Shown here piece by piece: positions 36,201 through 46,985 of a stretch of 64,000 bases of DNA; positions within the stretch are counted from its first letter, which is position 1; every line of letters starts with the position of its first letter. A model generated the notes under the pieces. That model was not told where the DNA came from and ran no database searches. It saw only the letters and a list, made by a program, of their open reading frames with translations. The translations under genes and the position numbers were made by a program. The DNA lies in assembly GCA_001275005.1 (NCBI GenBank), contig JWZX01002881.1, forward strand, positions 1 to 64,000. The letters run 5' to 3'. This DNA comes from Chrysochromulina tobinii (lineage: Eukaryota).

Positions 36201-37640
36201 ACATCGCGTAGCGCCGCCTCGAGCGCCTCCATCCCCTTAGCTTCCTTCTCCTTGTCGCGTAGGGGCTCGTCCGTCACCGCGAGGAGGAGCATCACGATGT
36301 CCTAGACGACTTCTCGCTCGAGAAAGGCGCCGAGGGCGGTCGCCTGCTCGGCCGTGGCGGCGGCGCCGAGTTGGGCGGCCTGTTTCTTGTCGATGCGTGC
36401 GGCGAGCGCATGCAAGAGAGTACCGGCCTCGACGAGGTACCTGAATGAGGGAGACTATCCGAGGTCATCAGAGACCATCCGAGGCAATTAGAGGTCATCC
36501 GAGGCCATCGAGGCCATCCGAGGTCATCCGAGGCAATGGAGGCCATCAGAGGCCACATCGGAGGCCATTACTAGGGGATTGGAGGCCATCAGAGGTCATT
36601 AAGAGGCCATTAAGAGGCCATTAAGAGGCCATCAGAGGCCATTAAGAGGGTATTAAGAGGGGATCGGAGGTGATTGGAGGCCAGCCGACGTACTGGAGGG
36701 TGGCTGGCGAGAGCTTCTTCGTGCCCAGCATCGCCTTCGACTGCAGCGAGCTCGAGAGCGAGAAGGTGCACTGTGGATCGATCTGCAGGGGCGGCCGCAG
36801 CGAGGGCGATGCGCGCAGCATCTTCGCAAGCGTTCCGAAGAGGCCAGTGAGGTTCCACTTGGGGAGGAGCTCGCAGAGAGGGTTCTTCTTCTCTGGATCG
36901 AGCGCTTGGCTCATATTGGCCCGTGAGCGTTGCACGCTGCTCTCGCCCCACGTGATGGCGAGCGACAGCACTGGCCCCATCGATTCGGCAGCTCGAAAAT
37001 CGATGCTCGTCGAGATCATCGAGATCGTCGCGTCGGCTGTGTCGCCGCCGCCGTCGGTGCCGCTCTCGGCGAGGGCACGGCAGATGCGCTCGCACGCGCT
37101 GAAAACCTGCAGCACGCTCATGCCGCGCATGAAGATGTCGGTGAGCGTCTCGGCACGCGCCTTTTCGACGCCCTCAAACGGCGGCTCCGCAAGCAACGAG
37201 CGATCCGAGCTCTTCTTCTTCTGCTCATTCTCCATCTTGCGAGCACGTATCGTGCTGAGCAGCGCCGCGCACTCGTCAAAGAGGACCTCGAAGCTCTGGC
37301 GCGCGCCCTCCATGGCCTCCATCAGCGTCGCTCCCTCCGCCGAGCGCAAGAAGCGTCCCCACAGCTCGCACACCTGATGAGGGACGCCATCAGCATGCAC
37401 TCAGAGAGGCAATCAACGGCAATCGAAGAGGCCATCCAGAAGCGTCCCCACAGCTCGCACACCGAATCCAGCGTGCTCACGTAGCTCGCAAGCGTCGCGA
37501 GCGCCGTGACTGCATGCAGCTGCACCCGCTCCGTGCGCATCGGATGGGAGAGCACCCACGAGATGACGCGCAGCGACGGCACGAGGATTTCGTCATTGGG
37601 CGAGTCATCGGCGTGGAACACGGACTCCATAAGAGTCCTC
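27287..37640 (-). CDS. Intron-rich gene: helical N-terminal region, three CbbX/SpoVK-type AAA+ modules and a thioredoxin domain; an in-frame TAG at 36302-36304 may mean it is partly pseudogenised
   Basis: AAA1: GNPG|TGKT, GGVLFIDEVY, NPGLASRFP. AAA2: GKPGTGKT, LLIDECY, NPGLARRF. AAA3: GAPGVGKA, GGVLFIDDAG. Trx: VDFTATWCEPS...MPTF. Roughly 20 or more introns inferred. Confidence 0.8.
29058..29158 (-). mobile_element. 101-nt GC-AG intron, putative source copy
   Basis: About 5 differences from 31926-32026. Its 5' ~26 nt duplicate its own downstream exon. Confidence 0.65.
31926..32026 (-). mobile_element. 101-nt GC-AG intron, putative transposed copy
   Basis: Near-identical to 29058-29158. It carries the exon tag of the 29057 site rather than its own. 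Confidence 0.65.
32835..33017 (-). repeat. Intronic 9-10-bp microsatellite (ctctgatggc)n, representative of many similar tracts
   Basis: Related tracts at 6790-6995, 29660-29735, 30930-31022, 34260-34315 and 36460-36660. Confidence 0.9.
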
Positions 37641-40106
37641 CAAGAGTGCTCGTACTTCGAGAGCAGCTCACCCTGCTTGATGCCGATGTGGTCAATCTTG
37701 GAGCTCTCGAGTTCCTGAACGGCGTCCATGCCGTCCTCACCGTAGAGGAACTCGAGCACCTTGCCGGCGTTACGCACGGTGTCGTCGTATTTGACGATGA
37801 TGTCCTCCATCGCCTTCACGAGACGGCGCTGGATGTAGCCCGTCTCCGCCGTCTTGACCTTGTTGAGCACTTGGTTGACCGAATGCTCGAACGACTCCAT
37901 CATCGTCTTGCCGGGCTGGCACTCGAGCTCGGCCGACTGGGCGCGCTCGACGAGCGCCTTCACCTCGCGCTTGGACGCCTCGATGGTGGCGACGATGTCG
38001 TCCAACGTCTTCGCATCAGCGATCGTGTCACCGATCCCGATCGAGTACGAGCGCTGCAAAATCCTGTGGTTCACGACGCGCTGATGGCAGCCCAAAAAAA
38101 CGCGGGCTGCCCTGCGGCCCGTGCTCGAGCCAGATCGTGTGCACGATCGCACCGCCGCTCGTGCCAAGCATCTTCTTGTCGAGCATGCCTGCGAGCAGTT
38201 CGCCGCCGTCGGGTGAGAAGACAATCAGAGGCCATCATCGGTCGGATGCAATCAGAAGCCACCAGAGGCCATCAGAAGCGAGCATGCCTGCCAGCAACTC
38301 GCCGCCGTTGATGATGACCTTCGTGTCGGTGGGCGACATATCGTCTTTCTCGTCGTCGGGGCGACCGTTGGATGTGCCTGAGAGGTAGATGTTCGGCAAA
38401 AAGAGACCCATGATCTGCTTGCCCGTCCAGAGCGGCTTGGGCTTGAGGATGGCGGGCGCGGGCAGCTTACCCGAGAACGAGTCGAGGTGCAGGATCAGAT
38501 TCATCACGAGGTCCTTCTCGAGAAGCAGTCGGGTCGCGTGAAGGCACGCAAGCCGAGGAGGGTATCCTGCACGATGCCCATGACGAGCTTGTTCGACTGT
38601 GGCGACACGATGCAGCGCGGCGTGAGCATGATCTCGGAGCACTCGGCGCGCGTCTCGTGCGTCTGCAGCACGTGCGTGTTCATCTTGTCGCGTCAAAGTC
38701 GACATTGTACAGCGAGGTACAGCTGAGATTCATCCGGAAGGTGGAGTAGGGCATGATCTTGATGCGGTGGCCCATGATCGACATTTTGTGCAGCGACGGC
38801 TGCCGGTTGAACATGAAGATGTCGCCGTCTTGCACATGCCGCTCCACCTTGTACCCGGGCTGCAGCGCCTTTTGGACGTTTGGCTTCGACAAGCCGAGAC
38901 GCAGACCGTCGTTGCGGATGATGTAGCGTGCGCCGGGCAGCGTCGACGGCCCATTTTCAAAGAGCTCCTGCAGCTTGGCGATGTTGAAGGGCGTGACCAC
39001 CTCCGGGTACGTGAGCGTGCGTGCGACCGTGCGCGGAACGCCCACCTCATCGATGGCGAGATTCGGGTCGGGCGTGATGACCGAGCGAGCGCAGTAGTCA
39101 ACTCGCTTGCCCATGAGGTTGCCGCGGATGCGGCCCGCTTTCCCTTTGAGGCGCTGCGAGATGGACTTGAGCGGCCGACCCGAGCGTGTGGTCGCGGGCA
39201 TCATGCTCACGGAATCTGATTCTCCACCATCATCGCGATGCGGTACTGGAGCAGCCGCGTCGTCTGCAGCTGGATGTGGTTGGGCGCTCCATTCTTCTCG
39301 AGCTCTCGCAACGACTTATTGACGCGCACGATGTCCTGGAGCATGAGAGTGATGTCATCCTCGGCGCGCCCGCCCGTCGAGTCCATCTAGACCGACGGGC
39401 GCACGTGCGGCGGCGGGATCGGCAGCACGGTGAGCACCATCCAGTCGGGCCGCGCGTAAATTGGATTGAAGCCGAGCCGCAACGCATCCGAGTCGGTGAT
39501 GCCCTTGAGAATGCTATGCGCGCGCTCGGGCTGCACTTCCATCTTGCGCTCGTGGTCGTCCGTAGACTCCTTAAACTCGGCCGCGATCGTCAGCCCGTCG
39601 CGCTTGAAGTTCGGTTGCGGCGCCGAGCACGACCAGCACGTCTTCTTCGTCTTCGCAAAGTCCATCACGGCGCGCAGCCGCTGCGCCGGGTTCTTCTTGC
39701 GCGTGGCAGCGGCGAGGCGTACCCCGTCGGGGTTTGCCTTGCCGTCTTCGGCTGGCTGGTCGCCAAGGATGGCCGAGCACGAGAAGCAAACGCAGCGCAG
39801 CACCTTGAGCGTCGTGTTGAGGAAGGAGACGTGGTACATGGGCTTCGTGAGCTCCAAGTGCCCGAAGTGACCCGGGCACTCAGAGGAGTCCATGCCGCAG
39901 CTCGCGCAGTTCAGGAGGCGGTCGATGGCGCCGAGCGCCGGGTCCATGAGCCCGCCAGGGATGGGCTTGCCATTCTCAAAGGTGCGGTCAGTGACGATAT
40001 TGCACACCGACGACGCCTTCAGCTCCTCGGGACCGAGGATGCCAAACTGGACGCGGCGCACCTTGCGCACGCCCGCCTCCGAGTAGCGGAAGCTCACGCC
40101 GCTCAT
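37640..40106 (-). pseudogene. RPB1: Disrupted N-terminal half of the RNA polymerase II largest subunit
   Basis: [66 protein letters not shown] and YGEDG motifs. TAG at 39387-39389, frameshifts near 39205, 38692, 38517 and 38105, internal deletion at 37858/37859. No C-terminal half or CTD. Confidence 0.9.
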
Positions 40107-40336
40107 GGTGGCGGCCGACTCCGACGCTGCCGGCGGCGCGGCGCCTTGCACAGGCAGGCAGGCAGTGGCAGGGCGCCAGCGCGCACCAGCGCAGAGTGGC
40201 TCATAGGGAGACTCGCAAAGACGTGTCGAGGCCCACGACGGCGTCTTCGCGCGAACCCCGGTTCGACTGGCCAAGTGTGGAGGATGTGTGAACAAGTAAG
40301 GACGAACTGTTATTCACGACGGGCATCGGCTCGGAG

Positions 40337-41947
40337 ATGCCGCTATCCCTCCTCGTGCTCGCGAGCCACGCGCTGTACGAGCGCGACCCGCACATCGTCC
40401 AGCTGACCACCTCCAACTTCCAATCCGTGACCGAGCGCGGCACCATTGCGGTCGAATTTTTCGCGCCGTGGTGCGGCCACTGCCAGCACTTTGCTCCGAT
40501 CTGGAGCGCAACGGCAGCCAGCGCGTGCGCAGCGGCGCCGGCGCTGCTGCTCGCCGGGCTCGACTGCGTCGCCAACGACGCGACCTGCAGGAAGATGCAG
40601 ATCACATCTTTTCCGACGATCCGCCTCTTTGTGCCGGGCCGAACGCCAGCACTCGGCCAGAATCTCAACAAGTGCAAAAATGGCTGCAGCTCGCCACGAG
40701 AAATGATCCAGGCCATTTTGGGCGCGCTGCCGCCGCAGCCGACGCCCGACCTGCAGGAGCTCATCGATCAAGGGGCGGAGCGGGTCCTGAACCGCTCGCG
40801 GGCGTGCGCTACGCAGTGTCGCACGTCGCAGTGCCGCACGAGCTTCGCGTCCGCCCAGCAGCAGCAGCAGCAGCAGCAGCTCGGGTATACGAGGGTGCTC
40901 CGACGCGGCGAGGCACCGAGTGAGCTCGCGCTCCGCCCATTGCCCATCGACGATGCCGCCGGCGCGGCCCTCTACTCGTTCCGACATGAGCTCTACACCG
41001 TTGCTGCCCCGCTCGGCTCGGAACGCCATGAGGTAATAGAGAGTTGGCTGACGCTGCTCGCCAAAGCGCTGCCAGGCGCCTCGCGCCGCGCCGCCCTGGC
41101 GCGCCTCGCGCACGACGCGCGCACCGTCACGACGCCTGGGGCGTGGCAGGCGCTCCAGCAGCCTCCGCTCGCGATGGCGCTGCTTCCACAGCCTGCATGG
41201 ACGCCGTGGCTGAGCGGCCACACGCCCCGTTGGCTCGCCTGCCGTGGCTGGTCGACCGAGAGCCGCGGCTACCCATGCGGGCTCTGGACCCTCTTCCACA
41301 CGCTGCTCGCCCACAGCGACGACCCGACCGCAGCGCTCCACGCCATTGTGGGATACGTGCATCACTTTTTCGGGTGCCAGGCGTGCCGCGAGCACTTTGG
41401 TCAACTCGTTGCATCCACCAACGACCCGCCCCCCGATGGCGTTCATGCGCCGGACGCGGGGCCGGGGGGCGCACAGCTCTGGCTTTGGCGCGCCCACAAT
41501 GCTGTCAACCGCCGGCTCAACCAGAGCAGCGCGTCCGACGTACTCTCGTTGGGACTCCTCAAAGTGGATTGGCCCGATCAGGGGGCATGTCCGGGCTGCC
41601 GTGACGTGGCTGGCCGTTGGCGCAAGAATGCGGTGCTGCGCTATCTGCGCGCCACGTATTGCCGAGACAGCCTCTCGCCGTGCGCACCCTTACCTGCGGG
41701 CAAGGGGGCAGACCGCGGGAGCGGCATGGGCGGCGGCCGTGCTGGAGGGCGCGGCATGGCAACGAACGTCGAGACCTCGGAGACGTTACGGGAGACCTGG
41801 ATGCTCAACACGGTAGGCTATGCCCTCGTGCTCGCAGCCGTCCTCTTCCTCGTCGTGTCCCGTGCACGTTACCAGCGCCGCCGCATCCCGGAGCCCGTCA
41901 ACGTAGTATGCACGTACTCTCAACTGCGCCCGGCGAGAGAGGACTAA
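40337..41947 (+). CDS. QSOX: Quiescin sulfhydryl oxidase (Trx plus Erv/ALR) with a C-terminal TM helix
   Basis: Signal peptide, FFAPWCGHC, RGYPCGLWTLFH, FFGCQACREHF, LWLWRAHNAVNRRL and WP..CPGC. Confidence 0.92.
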   Translation: MPLSLLVLASHALYERDPHIVQLTTSNFQSVTERGTIAVEFFAPWCGHCQHFAPIWSATAASACAAAPALLLAGLDCVANDATCRKMQITSFPTIRLFVPGRTPALGQNLNKCKNGCSSPREMIQAILGALPPQPTPDLQELIDQGAERVLNRSRACATQCRTSQCRTSFASAQQQQQQQQLGYTRVLRRGEAPSELALRPLPIDDAAGAALYSFRHELYTVAAPLGSERHEVIESWLTLLAKALPGASRRAALARLAHDARTVTTPGAWQALQQPPLAMALLPQPAWTPWLSGHTPRWLACRGWSTESRGYPCGLWTLFHTLLAHSDDPTAALHAIVGYVHHFFGCQACREHFGQLVASTNDPPPDGVHAPDAGPGGAQLWLWRAHNAVNRRLNQSSASDVLSLGLLKVDWPDQGACPGCRDVAGRWRKNAVLRYLRATYCRDSLSPCAPLPAGKGADRGSGMGGGRAGGRGMATNVETSETLRETWMLNTVGYALVLAAVLFLVVSRARYQRRRIPEPVNVVCTYSQLRPARED

Positions 41948-42738
41948 CTTGTCGTCCAGTGCGCTCGTGTGCGGGTTTGACAGGTGACAGGACGTCGTGT
42001 CGGCCGATCGAACACGCGGCGCGGACGTGAGAGGCGCTTCAGAGAGATTTTGCCAACCTCTGAGAACCATACACGGCGTGATACGGAAGCAGCGTAATCA
42101 CAACGATCAGTAACGTTTCATTACCGGGTTTTCGCAACGTGCGGTACCGCGTACCGCCACAGGACCAAACCGAAACGCCCTACGCCGGGGGCGGGCCCGC
42201 CCCGGCTCCGCCTTGGCGTGGCCCTGGCCGCCTCCGCCGCCGCTGCGCGCTGCCGCTGGCTACAGAGACCCTCGCGTCACTAGGGTCTCTAGGCGCTCGC
42301 GTCCTCTTGTGAGTTGGCGTGACGACGATATGCCCGTGTTTTTCACGCTGACTGGCGGTTGAAATATGTAGAAAAATCACATTAGGCGTATCGTGGCTCT
42401 CGAACTAGGGATACAGTATACGGGTGTGCTACACACGCACTCGAGAAACTGCGGTTCTTGGGTTTCGGCACCTAGAGCGAACAACCGTCCCTCGCTCACA
42501 TCTCATCGCAGCCACAGTTGACGCTCGCGCAAGGCCGCCCACGTACCCGCCACACATGACATGCACGGCGGGCCCAGGTTCACCCCTCTGCCGCTCTGGG
42601 GCGGCGACACGTACGAGGAGGGGTGAAAGCCGGGAGAGTGTGCTGTCCCCGTGCACGCGTGCAGCGACGCGTGCGCGGCGAGGGCATGCGATGGCGGAAG
42701 GGCACGCGCCGCAGCTGGCGCCGCTTGCCACGAGCTGA

Positions 42739-43143
42739 TCACCCAAGTCTGGAGTCGTAGCCGCCGCCGCCCGCGTGCCATGGCCTTCTGGGCTGGAAGG
42801 GCGCCTTGTTGCACGGATTGTCCACATCATTCTTGATCACTTCCTTGACTGACACCTGTTGGCTCTCCGCCGTGGGCCGCCAATGCAAGCCCTCCCCCCT
42901 GAAATGGCTCTCCACCTGCCGCGTCTGCTCGGGCGTCGCGTCGTAGTACTCCGTCTGGATCTTTTTGGGCGCGGGGAAGAGGATTTCTGAGCGCTCCTCC
43001 TCAGACAGCTGGTACCACTTTGAGCGCTCCTGGGAGCGCTGCAGCCGCTGCTCGGAGATCTTCTGCGCGTACGACATATTGGCGAGGCGCGCGTCCGCCG
43101 CGGAGACCGTCGTGTTGAAGCGCACCGCCATGGCGAACGACAT
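42739..43143 (-). CDS. Small hypothetical protein (134 aa), inverted paralog A
   Basis: MSFAMAVRFNTTVSAADAR..., near-identical to 43401..43808. Confidence 0.8.
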   Translation of the reverse strand: MSFAMAVRFNTTVSAADARLANMSYAQKISEQRLQRSQERSKWYQLSEEERSEILFPAPKKIQTEYYDATPEQTRQVESHFRGEGLHWRPTAESQQVSVKEVIKNDVDNPCNKAPFQPRRPWHAGGGGYDSRLG

Positions 43144-43400
43144 GTGGCCCGACGCCACAGGGACCAGCGCTCTAAAATGCGTGTCGTTTTCCAAAAGTGT
43201 CGAAACTTGGAGCGAAAAGAAATTCCGAAACGCGCCTTTTGCCGCAGTTCCTCGCTTTGGTCGAACCGGGTGTGGACAGATCCACAAAGCTGTTTTCTGG
43301 TGCCGCTCCAAATCTCATAAAACTTTGTCGGCTTTTGAAGCCCCGGAACACACGCGCTCGTATCGCACGGTAACGCGAGAGGAGACGCACGGGCACCGCC

Positions 43401-43808
43401 ATGTCGTTCGCCATGGCGGTGCGCTTCAACACGACGGTCTCCGCGGCGGACGCGCGCATGGCTAGTATGGCATACGCGCAGAGAATCGCTGAAGAGCGGC
43501 TGAAGCGCTCCCAGGAGCGCTCAAAGTGGTACCAGCTGTCTGAGGAGGAGCGCTCAGAAATCCTCTTCCCCGCGCCCAAAAAAATCCAGACGGAGTACAA
43601 CGACGCGACGCCCGAGCAACAGCGACAGGTGGAGAGCCATTTCAGAGGGGAGGGTATGCACTGGCGCCCCCCGGCGCAGAGCCAAAAGGTGACGATCAAT
43701 GACCTCGTCAAACTCGATCCAGTCAATCCAATCAACAGGGCACCCTATCAGCCCAGAAAGCCGTGGCATGCGGGAGGCGGCGGCTATGACACCGCCATGG
43801 CGTGTTGA
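43401..43808 (+). CDS. Small hypothetical protein (135 aa), inverted paralog B
   Basis: Collinear with paralog A. Differences look mostly synonymous or conservative. Confidence 0.8.
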   Translation: MSFAMAVRFNTTVSAADARMASMAYAQRIAEERLKRSQERSKWYQLSEEERSEILFPAPKKIQTEYNDATPEQQRQVESHFRGEGMHWRPPAQSQKVTINDLVKLDPVNPINRAPYQPRKPWHAGGGGYDTAMAC

Positions 43809-44380
43809 CGCGCGTGGCGCACAACTTCGCGCTGCAGTAGTCTTGGCCACAAGCAGCATTCGTTTGAGGATGCAGCCCTGCTCTGGGAAGTGGGAACAGA
43901 TGGAAGATGCCGAGATGATCTTCCTTTAGAGATTTCACGTGGACCGTCACCTGGGGGGGCTTCTTCGTCCGGGGACTCACCCAATAGTAGCCCAGTCCTT
44001 TCATGCATGCACCGAGCGCCGTACATGCACATGTTCGTGTAGTCTGTAGATCGGCTGCGGTCTGAGTCGTCAGGACCGGGACCGACGGACCGCACACCCG
44101 CGCGATTCGGTTCCGGATGTTATTTTATTCAATAAACGTATTCATACGATATATTTGTTCATCCCCCGACCGCGCGCGGCGACGACACGCGGCGACTAAA
44201 GACGTGACTGTGGGCCGCGCCGACGGGCGAGCACACTTGAGCACACGGACCGGTCCGCCATCAAAAGACCTGACGTCACCCCGCAGTATCTACATCAGCG
44301 GTTCGCCGGGTCCAGAGTGACTCAGATGTGAGATGAGATTTCCCCCGCCGATCACCACGACTCCGATGTCTAGAGCACTC

Positions 44381-45424
44381 TCACTTTGGCGGGAACAGCC
44401 CATCCAAATATTTTGCCACGCTCTCGTCCACCTGATCCACCTTGGTTTCGGCGGCTAAGGGGTCGGCCTCGACGGCCGTCTCCGGCTTGTAGAACCAGTG
44501 CATGAACCCGGGCAAGTTGTCCCCGGGCAGGAAGTAGGGCAAGAATGTCAGGGCAAAGAAGGCGCGCGTAATCGAGCGACGCCCACCGAGCTTTGCAATG
44601 ATCTCCTCCTTCTTTGCTTCCGAAGCACTCTCCAGAGCGACGATCTCGAGGTCGAAGCGCAGGTTGGGCTCCTCGCTCTCCTTGTCCTTGTAGGACGCCA
44701 CGTACACGCGCCTTCGCCCTCCGATCCGCATGCCAGCTACTGAGTCCTCCCAGCTAGTGCGCTTCCCATCCGGTGCGCCCACCAAATAGCCCAGAGGGCG
44801 CCCGATGCCTCCGGAGCGCGTCGTCTCTAGGACTTGGCCTGTGCTGAGCGCCGTGATCGAGTAGTGCATCTGCACAAAGTCGCCCGGCACGACCAGCTTA
44901 CCGTCGCCAACGACATCGTCGAGATACTTCGCGCCCGCCTCCGTCCTGCGCCACTGGCCGCCGACGCCGAGATCGCTGATGAGCCCCTGTATGCTGAAGA
45001 GGTCGAAGAAGCTCTTGAGAACGTCGGGCACGCTGCCAGGCGACATCTTGAACACCGCCTTGAACTCTTCAAGCGAGATCTTCCCATCGCCTTTCGTGTC
45101 AACTTGGTCAAGGATCGTTTTCGCCTCTTGCATGGAGACGGGTTTGCCAGCTTTGGCGAGTGCCGCTCGCAGCTCTTCGACATCAATGAAGCCGTCACCC
45201 GACGTATCGAACTCGTAAAAGATCGCGGATAGTTCCTTGTCCGAGCGTGGCCTGCCACTGCCCTCCTCAAAGGCCACAATGCCACCTGCACGCAGCCGGG
45301 TTGCCACCGCGCGCGGCTGCAAGATGTTGACTGCCTGCGAGTTTGACCATATCCCTCGTGTATATTGTGCAAGCCTCGCGCCCGGCGTGAACGTCAGCAA
45401 GACGCAGCAGAACAGCCCGAGCAT
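44381..45424 (-). CDS. EF-hand pair plus FKBP-type PPIase-like domain, probably plastid-targeted
   Basis: Signal and transit-like leader. FDTSGDGFIDVEEL and VDTKGDGKISLEEF. DDVVGDG..PGDFVQMHY..GMRIGGRRRV..FDLEIV. Confidence 0.82.
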   Translation of the reverse strand: MLGLFCCVLLTFTPGARLAQYTRGIWSNSQAVNILQPRAVATRLRAGGIVAFEEGSGRPRSDKELSAIFYEFDTSGDGFIDVEELRAALAKAGKPVSMQEAKTILDQVDTKGDGKISLEEFKAVFKMSPGSVPDVLKSFFDLFSIQGLISDLGVGGQWRRTEAGAKYLDDVVGDGKLVVPGDFVQMHYSITALSTGQVLETTRSGGIGRPLGYLVGAPDGKRTSWEDSVAGMRIGGRRRVYVASYKDKESEEPNLRFDLEIVALESASEAKKEEIIAKLGGRRSITRAFFALTFLPYFLPGDNLPGFMHWFYKPETAVEADPLAAETKVDQVDESVAKYLDGLFPPK

Positions 45425-45688
45425 TCGCAATCAATCTTTGTGGCGAGGGACGAATCCCGCCCCACCCACTCATTGAGTGTCAATGACGAGATTTCCATGA
45501 AACTTCCTTTGGCCACACATTCATTTTCAGCAAGCTAACAACAACCAAGCAAACAATAGTACATGTATCGGTTGCGCTTGTTTAGGTACATGTGTTGTGT
45601 CGACTAATTACATAGCTTGCTTGCCTCCTTGCTGATTCGCAAGTCAAGTCAAGTTACAAGTAAGACTCAGCCCCCTCTAGCCTCTTCA

Positions 45689-46492
45689 CTACCTCAAATT
45701 GAGACCTGCCCACTGGATGGCCACCGTTTCCAACTCCTCGGCCGCCGCCCCCATTCTTCCGAGCCAGTAGGGAGGCCCGTAAGACATGTAAATCTCTTCG
45801 CCTTTCTCAACACGCCTCGCAGCCACGGCTGCTAGATGACACCCTTCGATTGAGATCGTGTGTGCATTCGCCTGTGTGATCGCAGCGGCTGCGTATTCTG
45901 CGATGTCATCTAACGTCGAGCACGTGGCGCAGTCGTTGATCACATGCGCCACGTATGCCGGATCGTTGATCAAAATCGGATCTCCTGCCACGCTGATCCC
46001 AGAGTCACCGCCAATCACAGGAATCACGTCCAGCTCCTCCGGACCCGCCTCGAGAAGTGCGTGGCGTAAAAAGTCTCGACGAGCCGTCGCGACGTGGGCG
46101 CCAAAGGCGAATCCCACGCCCTCGACCAGCGAAAGATCTGAGCGTTGCCATCGTACACGAAGATCACCAGGGTAGAAGGTAATCAGCTCGCCTCGCTCCA
46201 ACTGCCGCGCGGCAAAAAGCCCGTTGCCAGCTCCGTTGATGAGCGAAGCGCGCACGCTCACACGATTCAAATTCCAGTCCAGCCGCGTGCCAATCAACTG
46301 GTCGCGCATCGCACACGCATCCTTGGAACTGTCTATCAGTTCTTTCAATCGCTGCGCAGCCCCGTCCAGGGTGCTGCCATCCTCAATACGATGCTCTGTC
46401 ATGCACGCAATCAGCATGCGGCCATTGCTGCGGTGTGCAAATGCGTCGTGGGCGGCGCAGAGACGCACCGGACCTGAACATGTGCCGAACAT
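45689..46492 (-). CDS. SET-domain protein
   Basis: SLINGAGNGLFAARQLERGELITFYPG, AHVINDC and AARRVEKGEEIYMSYG..YW. Confidence 0.85.
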   Translation of the reverse strand: MFGTCSGPVRLCAAHDAFAHRSNGRMLIACMTEHRIEDGSTLDGAAQRLKELIDSSKDACAMRDQLIGTRLDWNLNRVSVRASLINGAGNGLFAARQLERGELITFYPGDLRVRWQRSDLSLVEGVGFAFGAHVATARRDFLRHALLEAGPEELDVIPVIGGDSGISVAGDPILINDPAYVAHVINDCATCSTLDDIAEYAAAAITQANAHTISIEGCHLAAVAARRVEKGEEIYMSYGPPYWLGRMGAAAEELETVAIQWAGLNLR

Positions 46493-46985
46493 GCGCCGGG
46501 GAGGCGAAGGCGTCTGTTGTGAACACTGGCTGTGAAGAGGAAAAACGTGTCACCTCATTATGGACCCCCCACCGCGATCTCCATCGACGCCCGTCCTCCC
46601 CTGCTGGCTTCCGGAGCACATTCGATAGGCTTCCTTAAGACTTGACTTGCGAAAAAAGCGCCACCAAAGACGCCGAAATTGTATATCGTCATACTGTAAT
46701 GTATAGTGGTGTGCCGTCATAGAACACCAAAATAGACGCCTGCCATTGAAGAATGTCCCCGAGTGGCACGTGACATCAAGAGGCATTTCACGCTTTCGGT
46801 GCCCACCCCACTCAGTTTGTAATCAGGGTATGAGGAAGGGGTGCAAATCCAGATATTAATCCCTCCCCTACCCCCTTGGGTAAAACTCACCCGCCGTAAC
46901 AGACTTAGTAGCCGTGAGCGTGCGCCAGATGAGAATCTGCTCCAAAATGCGCGCCCGCGAGTGCGCTGCTCGCACTAAACATGAC

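Noticed and set aside
37640..40106. RPB1 as an endogenous giant-virus gene
   Set aside because: Motifs and GC-rich codon usage look like host Pol II and no viral core genes are nearby. Phylogeny is needed to exclude this fully.
39186..40406. Long antisense or alternative-frame ORFs (also 23612..25234, 50871..52616, 51274..53040 and 40343..41497)
   Set aside because: Shadow ORFs expected in high-GC coding DNA. The recognisable proteins lie on the other strand.
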